Assembly: GCA_947462175.1 (NCBI GenBank)
Contig: CANHOE010000001.1
Location: 1 to 60,193, forward strand
Origin: Burkholderiales bacterium
Lineage (GTDB): Bacteria; Pseudomonadota; Gammaproteobacteria; Burkholderiales; Burkholderiaceae_C
Reading direction: 5' to 3'
Length of the DNA stretch: 60,193 nucleotides
A program made the translations under genes and the position numbers. Every line of letters starts with the position of its first letter. Position 1 is the first letter of the stretch. The notes beneath the pieces are model-generated. The model was given only the letters and a program-made list of their open reading frames with translations. It was not told the DNA's origin and did no database searches. Shown here one piece after another: positions 18,468 to 26,419 of this stretch.

Positions 18468-20264
18468 ATGTCAGCGATTGCACAAGACATTTATCCAGGC
18501 GCCGACGCTGGACTGGACACCGGCAAGACCCTTGGCGACTACCTGGGCATCCTGAGGCGCCGCCGCGCCCTGATCGGCCTGGTGTTTGCTTTGCTGTTCA
18601 TCGTCGCGGCGGTCGTGGCGGTGTCGCTGCCGCCGGTGTATCGGTCGACCGCCACCATCCTGATCAAGGAGCAGGAGATTCCGCAGGAGTTCGTGCGCTC
18701 CACCGTCACCAGCTTCGCCGACGAACGCATCCAGGTCATCAGTCAGCAGGTGATGACGCGGACCACCCTGCTCGACCTGGTCGACAAGTACGGGCTCTAC
18801 GGCAGCGCGCGGCAGAAGGAGACCAGCGAGGAAATCCTCGACCGCATGCGGCGCGACATCAAGCTCACGCCGATCAGCGCCGAAGTCACCGATCGGCGTA
18901 GCGGCTCGCCTGTGAAATCGACAATCGCCTTCAGCCTCTCCTATGACAGCGAGGTGGCCGCCAACGCCCAGAAGATCGCCAACGAACTCACCACCCTGTA
19001 TCTGAACGAGAACGTCAAGAATCGGCAGCAGAAAGCCGCTGAGACCACGCTTTTCCTCGACGAGGAACTGGCGCGCGTCACCGAACACATCTCAGAGAGC
19101 GAACAGAAGCTCGCTGCCTTCAAGGCGCGCAACCAGGGTCGAACGCCCGACCTGAGCCTTTCCAATCAGATGGGCAGTGAGCGTGTCAATGCCGAGGTCC
19201 AGCGAATCGAGCGGGAGATCACCTTCCTTGAGGAACGAAAGTTGGCATTGCAGGGGCAACTGGCCGACACCAAGCCCTCCACGCCTGTCCTTGGCAATGG
19301 CGGCATCATCCTCGAACCCGAAGACCGACTCAAGGCATTGCAGTTGCAGCTGACCGGCCTGACCGGCATCTACAGCGACGACCACCCTGACGTGAAGCGC
19401 CTGCGTCGCGAGATCGCGATCCTGAAGGTCGAGACCGGCCTGCAGGACGACGCCACCGACCGCGAGAACAAGCTGCTGCAGCTGCAGCAGCAGATCTCGC
19501 TGCTGCGCCAGAAGTACTCCGATGACCATCCCGACGTCGTGCAGTTGAAGCGCGCGTTCGCCACACTCGACAAGGCGGTGCGCACCGGTGCCGATGCGCC
19601 CGAAGGCCGGGCCAGCGAGATCCGGCGAGCGCGCAAACCCGACAACCCGGTGTACCTGAACCTGAAATCGCAGATCGAAACCACCACTGCGCAGATTGAG
19701 TCCCTGCGCAGCGAACGCCAGGAAATGCGCGGCAAGCTCGAACTGCTGGATCTGCGGGTCAGTCAATCGCCGGAGGTCGAGCGCGAGTACCTGGAACTGG
19801 CGCGCGACCTCGACAGCTCGCGGGGCCGCTTTCGCGAGTTGCGAGACAAGCAGATGCAGGCGCAGGTGGCCGAACAGCTTGAGCGCGGTCGCAAAGCCGA
19901 GCGTTTCACCCTGATCGAGCCGCCGATTTTTCCTGAGAAGCCGTTCCGTCCTAACCGCAGCCTGATCCTGATGATGGGCGTGATGCTCGCGCTGGCAGGC
20001 GGCATTGGTGCTGCCGCGCTGCGCGAGACGATCGATCAGACGGTGCACAGCGCCCGTGATGTGATTCGGGTGATGCAGGTGCCGATGCTCGCGGTGCTGC
20101 CCGCGCTGCCCAGCCCGGTGCTGTTGCGGCGTCGCTCGCGCCTGCGTTGGATCGTCGCCACCTGTGCGCTGGTGCTGATCGGAGTGGGGCTGATGGGGTT
20201 CCACAACTTCGTGATGCCGCTCGACGTCGCCTGGTACGGCCTGTTGCGGCGGCTCACCCAATGA
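18468..20264 (+). CDS. Polysaccharide chain-length determinant (Wzz/GumC/PCP family, PEP-CTERM locus type)
   Basis: GAGGA lies 5 nt upstream of ATG 18468. It has a Wzz N-terminal motif plus TM (LGDYLGILRRRRALIGLVFALLFIVAAVVAVSLPPVYRSTATILI), a long periplasmic coiled-coil region and a C-terminal TM. Confidence 0.85.
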   Translation: MSAIAQDIYPGADAGLDTGKTLGDYLGILRRRRALIGLVFALLFIVAAVVAVSLPPVYRSTATILIKEQEIPQEFVRSTVTSFADERIQVISQQVMTRTTLLDLVDKYGLYGSARQKETSEEILDRMRRDIKLTPISAEVTDRRSGSPVKSTIAFSLSYDSEVAANAQKIANELTTLYLNENVKNRQQKAAETTLFLDEELARVTEHISESEQKLAAFKARNQGRTPDLSLSNQMGSERVNAEVQRIEREITFLEERKLALQGQLADTKPSTPVLGNGGIILEPEDRLKALQLQLTGLTGIYSDDHPDVKRLRREIAILKVETGLQDDATDRENKLLQLQQQISLLRQKYSDDHPDVVQLKRAFATLDKAVRTGADAPEGRASEIRRARKPDNPVYLNLKSQIETTTAQIESLRSERQEMRGKLELLDLRVSQSPEVEREYLELARDLDSSRGRFRELRDKQMQAQVAEQLERGRKAERFTLIEPPIFPEKPFRPNRSLILMMGVMLALAGGIGAAALRETIDQTVHSARDVIRVMQVPMLAVLPALPSPVLLRRRSRLRWIVATCALVLIGVGLMGFHNFVMPLDVAWYGLLRRLTQ

Positions 20265-21166
20265 AGGTGCCGATGAAATTCCCGAATGAAGTCACCCCCG
20301 ATGCGAGCGAGTCCGGTGCGGTCTACGGCGCCAAGGTGCAGGTGGTCAAGGCGCTGTCCGCCGCGACCGAGACGGAGCCGCGCAGCGAGTCGCTGCACAT
20401 TGAGTATTCGACGACACAGGTCATGGCCGATGCGCTGGTGCGGCTCCAACGCACGCATGGCGTCGTCAAACTGGACCGCTCGGTGCTGTCTGAGTCGTTC
20501 AAGATGCTGCGCAATCAGGTGCTGCAGCGCCTGCGTGCCGATGGCCACAAGCTGTTGGCAGTCACGAGCCCCAGGCGAATCGAGGGCAAGTCGCTGACCG
20601 CCGTCAACCTGGCGCTGACCATCGCTGCCGACTACGACTCGGCGGTGCTGCTGGTCGATGCCGATCTAGGCGGCGGCGGCCTTCAATCGATGTTCGGCCT
20701 CGACGGTGCGCGTGGTTTGAGCGACCACCTGATGCATGCGGCACCGATCTCCGAACTGCTGGTCAACCCCGGTCTCGCGCGCTTCGTGTTGTTGCCAGCC
20801 GGGCAGCAGGCCGTGCTGAATTCGGCCGAGCTGTTGGCAACCAAGCTGGCGCAGCAGTTGATCTCAGAGATGAAGCACCGCTACGCTGATCGCTACATCA
20901 TTGTTGACCTGCCACCGCTGCTCGACACCGCCGATGCGCTGGCGTTCCTTCCACAGGTCGACACCACGCTGGTGGTGGTGGAGGAGCACACCACCTCGAT
21001 TCAGGACATCGAGCGCATGGCCGAGCTGCTGGCGCCGTTCAACCTGATAGGCACCGTCATGAGCCAGGCGCGGCAGACCGAGAAGGGCGTTCGGTCAGGT
21101 ACCGACAAGGCACGCAAGGCGCCGTGGTACCGGCGAGTGATTTCGGGTGCTCGATCGGGCTACTGA
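20261..21166 (+). CDS. BY-kinase-like P-loop ATPase (EPS/PEP-CTERM locus tyrosine-autokinase family)
   Basis: An ATGA overlap joins it to the upstream gene. It carries Walker A (SPRRIEGKS), Walker A' (VLLVDADLGGGG) and Walker B (YIIVDLPPLL). Confidence 0.8.
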   Translation: MKVPMKFPNEVTPDASESGAVYGAKVQVVKALSAATETEPRSESLHIEYSTTQVMADALVRLQRTHGVVKLDRSVLSESFKMLRNQVLQRLRADGHKLLAVTSPRRIEGKSLTAVNLALTIAADYDSAVLLVDADLGGGGLQSMFGLDGARGLSDHLMHAAPISELLVNPGLARFVLLPAGQQAVLNSAELLATKLAQQLISEMKHRYADRYIIVDLPPLLDTADALAFLPQVDTTLVVVEEHTTSIQDIERMAELLAPFNLIGTVMSQARQTEKGVRSGTDKARKAPWYRRVISGARSGY

Positions 21167-21323
21167 GGCGGCAACCTTTCCGCATCAGACTGGCGGGGTG
21201 CAGGGGAGGCCGGCTCGTTCGGATCATCGATCCGCACGAAGCTGAGCGTGAGCTTGTCATGGCATGGGTTCACAGTAAGGGCACCACACCCGTTACCTTG
21301 TCCTCACTCTCAGGAGCCGTGCC

Positions 21324-21902
21324 ATGAATGCCTTCTTGCGTCCCTTTAGTTTGGCCGCAGCATTGAGCTGCTCTGGGTTGGCGCATGCCGACTTCGTCGG
21401 CTCCTTGGGATTGATCACGCCGCCCGCTACTGTCGCGTTCAGCAATTCGGTGGTGTCAACTGGGTTCACAAGTACCGTGGGCCCGATCACCTACAACTTT
21501 CTCGACACCTGGACCTTCACGCTGGCTTCTGATGCCCAGTTGGGAAGCATCACCACGACGTTCGATTTCGGCGCCGGCCCAGGCGGCCCCACCTTCGGTA
21601 TTTCGAACCTTCAGGTCAGGCTCAGCACGAATCCGATTTCAGGCTCGCCGCTTGTGTCGTGGCTCACCGTGAACCCGGCTGGCCCGGGCTTCACCTCTTC
21701 GGTGGCACTGATTCCAGTCTCGCCGTTGCTCGCTGGCAACTACAGGCTGGATATCCGCGGAACGCTTGCTTCACCGGGGTCATACGGCGGCACGGTGATA
21801 GCCAACGCTGTCCCATTGCCTGCGGCGTTGCCGCTGTTTCTGGTCGGCCTGGGGGCGCTTGGTATCAAGGGCGCCCGCAAGCGAGCTGCGGTGGCAGCAT
21901 GA
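21324..21902 (+). CDS. Small secreted PEP-CTERM-domain protein
   Basis: GGAG lies 7 nt upstream of the ATG. It has a signal peptide (..ALSCSGLAHA/DF). The C-terminal VPLPAALPLFLVGLGALGIKGARKR has the tripartite PEP-CTERM architecture of motif, TM helix and Arg/Lys cluster. Confidence 0.8.
   Translation: MNAFLRPFSLAAALSCSGLAHADFVGSLGLITPPATVAFSNSVVSTGFTSTVGPITYNFLDTWTFTLASDAQLGSITTTFDFGAGPGGPTFGISNLQVRLSTNPISGSPLVSWLTVNPAGPGFTSSVALIPVSPLLAGNYRLDIRGTLASPGSYGGTVIANAVPLPAALPLFLVGLGALGIKGARKRAAVAA
21810..21899 (+). other. PEP-CTERM sorting signal (VPLPAA variant + TM + KGARKR)
   Basis: This is the last 30 codons of the 192-aa ORF. Confidence 0.75.
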
Positions 21903-21936
21903 GCAACCGCTCAGCAGTGTTTCTTTCGAGGTTCCC

Positions 21937-22140
21937 ATGACCCACATTGAAGAGTTCTCGTTGATCGCCGAACAACTGACCTGGCTGGAACAGCACGTGC
22001 GTGCGCAGTCGGCCGAACCTGCAGAGAGCGATCGCGTGGATGAGGCGCTGAAGGCATTGGTCTGTGCCCGCGCCGTCATCGAACAGCTGGCGAAAATCGG
22101 TGCCTTGATCGATTCGCCGACCGCGGTTTCCCCAGCCTGA
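21937..22140 (+). CDS. Hypothetical small acidic helical protein (67 aa)
   Basis: GAGG lies 6 nt upstream of ATG 21937. The sequence looks helical (MTHIEEFSLIAEQLTWLEQHVRAQ...). No family was recognised, so coding status is uncertain. Confidence 0.35.
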   Translation: MTHIEEFSLIAEQLTWLEQHVRAQSAEPAESDRVDEALKALVCARAVIEQLAKIGALIDSPTAVSPA

Positions 22141-22154
22141 CAGCGAACGCCACA

Positions 22155-22188
22155 ACTCGCTGCGCAGTGGGATCTCCGCGCGGCGAGT
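22155..22188. terminator. GC-rich hairpin between convergent genes (candidate bidirectional terminator)
   Basis: ACTCGCTGCGC (22155-22165) pairs with GCGCGGCGAGT (22178-22188). That gives 11 bp including one G-U, with a 12-nt loop. There is no U-tract. Confidence 0.4.
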
Positions 22189-22199
22189 CGTTGGTCAAA

Positions 22200-24596
22200 T
22201 CACTTCTGCGCGATCAGTAACTTCGCTTCGTCGCGTTCAGGCGCTGCGATCTTGCTGTTCAGCGCCTTCTTCAGCAGCTCCTGCGCGCGAGCAGCGTCAC
22301 CGTTCTTGTGCAGTGCCATGCCAAGGTGCAGCTGAATCAAGGGGGTGTCTGGCGCCTGCTGCAGCGCACGTTCGAGCACTGGCACGGCCTCGGCATACTG
22401 GGCAAGCTTGTAGTGGGTCCAGCCCAGGCTGTCCAGATAGCCTGGGTTGCTGGACTCCTTGAAGCGCTGAGTCAGCGTCAATGCACGCTCCAAGCTCGCC
22501 TTGTCACCCTTGAACTGGGTCAACAGGTAGGCGAGGTTGTTGGCGTAGCCATCTTCATCAGGAGCACGCTTCACCAGCGCTTCGTAGAGGGCGATCGCGT
22601 CGTCCTGTCGGCCGAATCGCGACAACCATTCGGCACGGGTGGCGGGGATCGACAGGTCGGCGGGAATCGCCTTCTCGCCCTCTTCGAGCACGGCCATGGC
22701 AGCGCCGATGTCGTTTTGCGACGCCTTGACACGGGCCAGACTAAGGTAGCCCACGGTCACCGACGGCGCGAATGCGATCATCTTGCGGTAGGCCGCATCG
22801 GCTTGTGGCAGATCGGCACGTGCCACGGCCACCTCGCCGCGCAACTGATAGGGCAGCACGTTCTTCGGCTCGCGCACCGCCATCGCATCGATGCGGGCAT
22901 TGGCCTCATCGAACCGGCGCTGTGCGATCAGCACGCCGATCCCCCAGAGCACCGGCTCGGGTGACGCCGGTGCCAGGGTGCTGGCGGCGTCATATTCCTT
23001 CAGGGCCGCGTCGTACTTCTTCTGGTCTGCGTACAGGCGGCCGAGCTTCAGGGAGCCCGCCGGGTTCTGCGGGTACTGGTTCTTCAGCGAAACGAAGGTT
23101 TTCTCGGCACCGGCCACGTCCTTTTGGACCAGCGCGAGCTGCGCTTTGAAATCATAGGCACGCAGGTTCTGCGGCGCGGACTTGATGGCGATGTCGATCT
23201 CGTTGTTGGCAGCCTGGTATTCCTTCGCATCGGCCATGTCAGCGGCCAGAAGCAGGCGCAATTCGGCGTTGTCGGGCTTGAACTTGACGGCATCAGTAAG
23301 CACCTCTCTCGCCAACTGGGGTTCACCGGCTTTGCGGTGGGCCGCAGCCAGCAGACTGACCACCTCGGGCGAGCCAGGCTGGTCTTTCGCAGCGGCCCGC
23401 AGGTCGATGATGGCATCGTTGGCCTTTCCGTCGGCGAGGAGCATGCGCCCGCGCATCAGCAGCGCGGCACCATCGCGCGGGTTGGCTGCAAGCACCTCGG
23501 CGACGAGTGCGCGTGCCTGCGCAACCTTGCCCTGCGAAAGCCAGTCGGCAGCCAGCTGATCGCGGGCCACCAGTGATGCCGGCGCCAGCTTGTCGAGGTC
23601 GATGATGTCCTGCAGAACGCGGCGCGCGTCACTGGCACGGTCGGAGGCGCGGTACAGGTTGACCAGCCCGAAGCGCAGCACCGTGTCCTTCGGTTTGTCG
23701 GCGATGGCCGCAAGGAATTCCTTCTCGGCCACATCCTGTCCGCGCCGCGACGACAGGAAGTCAAGCAGCACCAACTGGCGCTGGCTGTCCTCGGGCTCTG
23801 ATTTCACCGAGGTGCGCAGCACCGACTCGGCCAGGTCGAGCTCGTTGTGACGGGTGTGGTGCAGCGCCCAGGCGTTCCACAGGTCGATGTTTTTCGGTGA
23901 CTGCTCGGCTGATTGGCGCAAATAGGCAACCGCCTTTTGAAACATCGCTGCATCGGTCGAGGAGCCGGCGATCTGCGCGGCAACCTGCAACAGCGACAGG
24001 TTCTTTGGGTCGCCCTTCAGTGCACTCTCGATGACCGTCAATGCTTCGGCTGTCTTGCCTTGGCTGGTGTAAAGCCCTGCGAGCAGCATGCTGGTTTCAA
24101 CCGGGGCAACAGCCTGCTCGGCGATCAGCGCCTTCGCCTGTGCAATGGCACCGGGCACGTCGTTCCTGCGTGCCAGCAAGGCAGCCTGGAGGGTGCGTGC
24201 TCCGAGGTTCTTCGCATCGACGGCCAGCACCTCGGACACCGCATGGTCCGACTTGTCGATCTCGCCGGCCAGCAGGTAGATGCGCGCCAGGCCTATCTTG
24301 GCTTCAAGGTGGTCGGGCTTCAGCTCGACGGCCTTCAGATAGCTGCCGTAAGCACGCTGGAAATCGCGCTTGCCATCGGCAACCTGGCCTGAGATGAAGT
24401 ACGCCTGCGCGTTCTTCGGGTCGATCTGCAGCACATTGCGAATCTCAACGTTGGCCTTGTCCCAATCGGCGCTGCGCGCGTAGTCAGCGGCTTTGACGAG
24501 ACTGGACTGCATGCGCTCGTCCTTGCTGCTGCAAGCGACGAGCAGGGTCACTGCGGTGCCCAGTGCGATGGCTCGGACGGTGTGAGGAAGGTTCAT
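22200..24596 (-). CDS. prsT: PEP-CTERM system TPR-repeat lipoprotein (PrsT family)
   Basis: The product is 798 aa with a lipobox (TLLVAC/SS). TPR-like repeats run from end to end (many A..Y..A...P.. units). It lies immediately downstream of the exosortase gene on the same strand. Confidence 0.85.
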   Translation of the reverse strand: MNLPHTVRAIALGTAVTLLVACSSKDERMQSSLVKAADYARSADWDKANVEIRNVLQIDPKNAQAYFISGQVADGKRDFQRAYGSYLKAVELKPDHLEAKIGLARIYLLAGEIDKSDHAVSEVLAVDAKNLGARTLQAALLARRNDVPGAIAQAKALIAEQAVAPVETSMLLAGLYTSQGKTAEALTVIESALKGDPKNLSLLQVAAQIAGSSTDAAMFQKAVAYLRQSAEQSPKNIDLWNAWALHHTRHNELDLAESVLRTSVKSEPEDSQRQLVLLDFLSSRRGQDVAEKEFLAAIADKPKDTVLRFGLVNLYRASDRASDARRVLQDIIDLDKLAPASLVARDQLAADWLSQGKVAQARALVAEVLAANPRDGAALLMRGRMLLADGKANDAIIDLRAAAKDQPGSPEVVSLLAAAHRKAGEPQLAREVLTDAVKFKPDNAELRLLLAADMADAKEYQAANNEIDIAIKSAPQNLRAYDFKAQLALVQKDVAGAEKTFVSLKNQYPQNPAGSLKLGRLYADQKKYDAALKEYDAASTLAPASPEPVLWGIGVLIAQRRFDEANARIDAMAVREPKNVLPYQLRGEVAVARADLPQADAAYRKMIAFAPSVTVGYLSLARVKASQNDIGAAMAVLEEGEKAIPADLSIPATRAEWLSRFGRQDDAIALYEALVKRAPDEDGYANNLAYLLTQFKGDKASLERALTLTQRFKESSNPGYLDSLGWTHYKLAQYAEAVPVLERALQQAPDTPLIQLHLGMALHKNGDAARAQELLKKALNSKIAAPERDEAKLLIAQK

Positions 24597-24619
24597 GTTC
24601 TGCTGTCCAATAAGGGAGC

Positions 24620-26224
24620 TCAGCCGGGCACGTGCTCGCGCAGCCGCGGTGCGATGGTGCTCAGGAAACCAGTCAGGCGCTGATCGGCGCGATCGATGTC
24701 TTCAGTCGGTGCGACCGGCGTCACCAGCCGCATCAGCGCACCGTCTGATCGGTTTCGAAGGATGGCGTCGCGAAGGATGTACCACTTGACGTCGAATTCG
24801 CTGGTGAGCACACGCCCGCGCTGATCGAACCAGTAGTACACCAGCTGGCGTTGATCGCCCTTCTGGATGATGGCGCGGTTGACCGTCATCGCGCCTGCAC
24901 CACCGGCGAGCGTCAGGACAGCATCCGCGATGTGCTCGATTTTCCAACCGCCACCGGGCATGCACGTGCGAGGCGAATGCGAGGACTGACCGCTGCTCTG
25001 ACTGGCGTAATACGCGCTGTAGAGATTGATGAGCGGCTCGCCTTCACGCGCGTAGTTGACGAGCAGATAGTCGTCAACTGCCAACGTCGCCAGTACGTCG
25101 CGATCGAGCTTGTCGGGCAGGCCGACCCAGTCGCCGGGCAGGTGCATCGAGAACTGTGAATACGGCAAGCGCTGCGGTTGAATCTGCGCTCCTTTCGGAG
25201 ACCACAGCGCGATCAGCCACACGCTCAACAGCAGCAGTCCGCCGACCAGCATCGGGGTCGGAAAGCGGTGGTACCGGATCGGCGTTCCCGCGGCGACAGG
25301 CCCGGGAACTTCCAGGCCGAACACGGCGCCCAGTGACTGCGGCCGTCCGCCGACACGTGCCAGCACCGCCATCTCGCCGATCAGGAGCAGCATGCACACC
25401 ATGAACATGAACCAGCCTTCGAAGTCGTGCAACATCCCTTCGGCCATCGCCGGTCCCCAGTACTCGACGGTGACGCCGATCAGACCAATGCGCAGGCTGT
25501 TGATGACGATGGTCATCGGGATCGTCGACAGCACGATCAGCACCCGCTTCCACATCGCACCCTGGAAAAAATAGGCCGCCAGCATGCCGAGCACCATCAG
25601 TGGGAACAGGTAGCGAAGACCGTTGCAGGCTTCGACCACCTGCAGCTTGTAGCTGCCGAGGTCGATCACGTTGCCTTCGAGGAACACACTGATGCCGAAC
25701 AGCCGGATCAGGCCAACACCGAGTTCCGACGACACCAATTGCAACTGCTGCGACAGCTCCCGCAGCACAAACTGCGGCAGAGGGATCATGAACATCAGGA
25801 TGGCCAACGGTCCTGCAATCATCCGCGTGCCGCGCCAGCCGATGAAGCCCACCGACAGGCCGACCAGCGCAATGATGAAGCCGTACTGGCCGAACAAGCG
25901 GATGGCACTGAGTTCCCCGATCACGCCCAGCAGAAGGCCTGCGCCTACAAACAGCAAGCCGGCCCATGACCCGCGCAATTCGACCTGGCGAAGTTGATCG
26001 CTTTTCTGCCAGATCAGAAAGACCGAGATCAGCGGGATGAAGTAACCGTAGCTGTACTCTTCGACGATTGCCCAGTTCGCGACCATGAAGCGCAGCCCTG
26101 GCAGGAAGGCCGCAATCAGGGCCATGCCGACCAACGCGACCACGACCCATTGCGCCTTGGGCACCTGCCACACCGGGGCGGGGGTCTGCGGCATCGAAGC
26201 AGGAGAAACCGGGGGAATGATCAT
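24620..26224 (-). CDS. xrtA: Exosortase (EpsH/XrtA-like) fused to a C-terminal EpsI-family domain
   Basis: The polytopic N-terminal half (~300 aa) has the exosortase Cys, Arg and His motifs (VVEACNGLRYLFPL; INSLRIGLIG; HDFEGWFMF). About 220 aa of soluble EpsI-like domain follow a further TM. The XrtA subtype is inferred only from the linked PrsT, PCP and kinase genes. Confidence 0.8.
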   Translation of the reverse strand: MIIPPVSPASMPQTPAPVWQVPKAQWVVVALVGMALIAAFLPGLRFMVANWAIVEEYSYGYFIPLISVFLIWQKSDQLRQVELRGSWAGLLFVGAGLLLGVIGELSAIRLFGQYGFIIALVGLSVGFIGWRGTRMIAGPLAILMFMIPLPQFVLRELSQQLQLVSSELGVGLIRLFGISVFLEGNVIDLGSYKLQVVEACNGLRYLFPLMVLGMLAAYFFQGAMWKRVLIVLSTIPMTIVINSLRIGLIGVTVEYWGPAMAEGMLHDFEGWFMFMVCMLLLIGEMAVLARVGGRPQSLGAVFGLEVPGPVAAGTPIRYHRFPTPMLVGGLLLLSVWLIALWSPKGAQIQPQRLPYSQFSMHLPGDWVGLPDKLDRDVLATLAVDDYLLVNYAREGEPLINLYSAYYASQSSGQSSHSPRTCMPGGGWKIEHIADAVLTLAGGAGAMTVNRAIIQKGDQRQLVYYWFDQRGRVLTSEFDVKWYILRDAILRNRSDGALMRLVTPVAPTEDIDRADQRLTGFLSTIAPRLREHVPG

Positions 26225-26419
26225 GCCGCTTGCTGGTGCCGTGTGCGCATGCCAAACCGCATGCAGTCGATTAGGCTAGTCCCGCTTTGTGACATCGGCG
26301 TGGCCAAGGCATTCCCCACCCCATGTCAAGACTCAGACACATTGAGAACGTAGGCTCGACTGCGCCGCACACCGCTTGATCGTTCAATCGTTCCTCTCAA
26401 GGCTCAATTTCTGCGCTCC

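Noticed and set aside
21167-21240. Terminator after the BY-kinase-like gene, the CGGATC-ATC-GATCCG hairpin at about 21221-21235.
   Set aside because: The stem is only 6 bp with a 3-nt loop and no U-tract. That is too weak to annotate.
21240-21323. Sigma-54 (-24/-12) promoter upstream of the small PEP-CTERM gene, at TGGCATGGGTTCACAG and GGGCACCACACCCGTTACC.
   Set aside because: Neither candidate has the GG-N10-GC spacing. In the first, the -12 position reads CA where TGGCAC-N5-TTGC requires GC; in the second it reads GT. It cannot be supported by eye.
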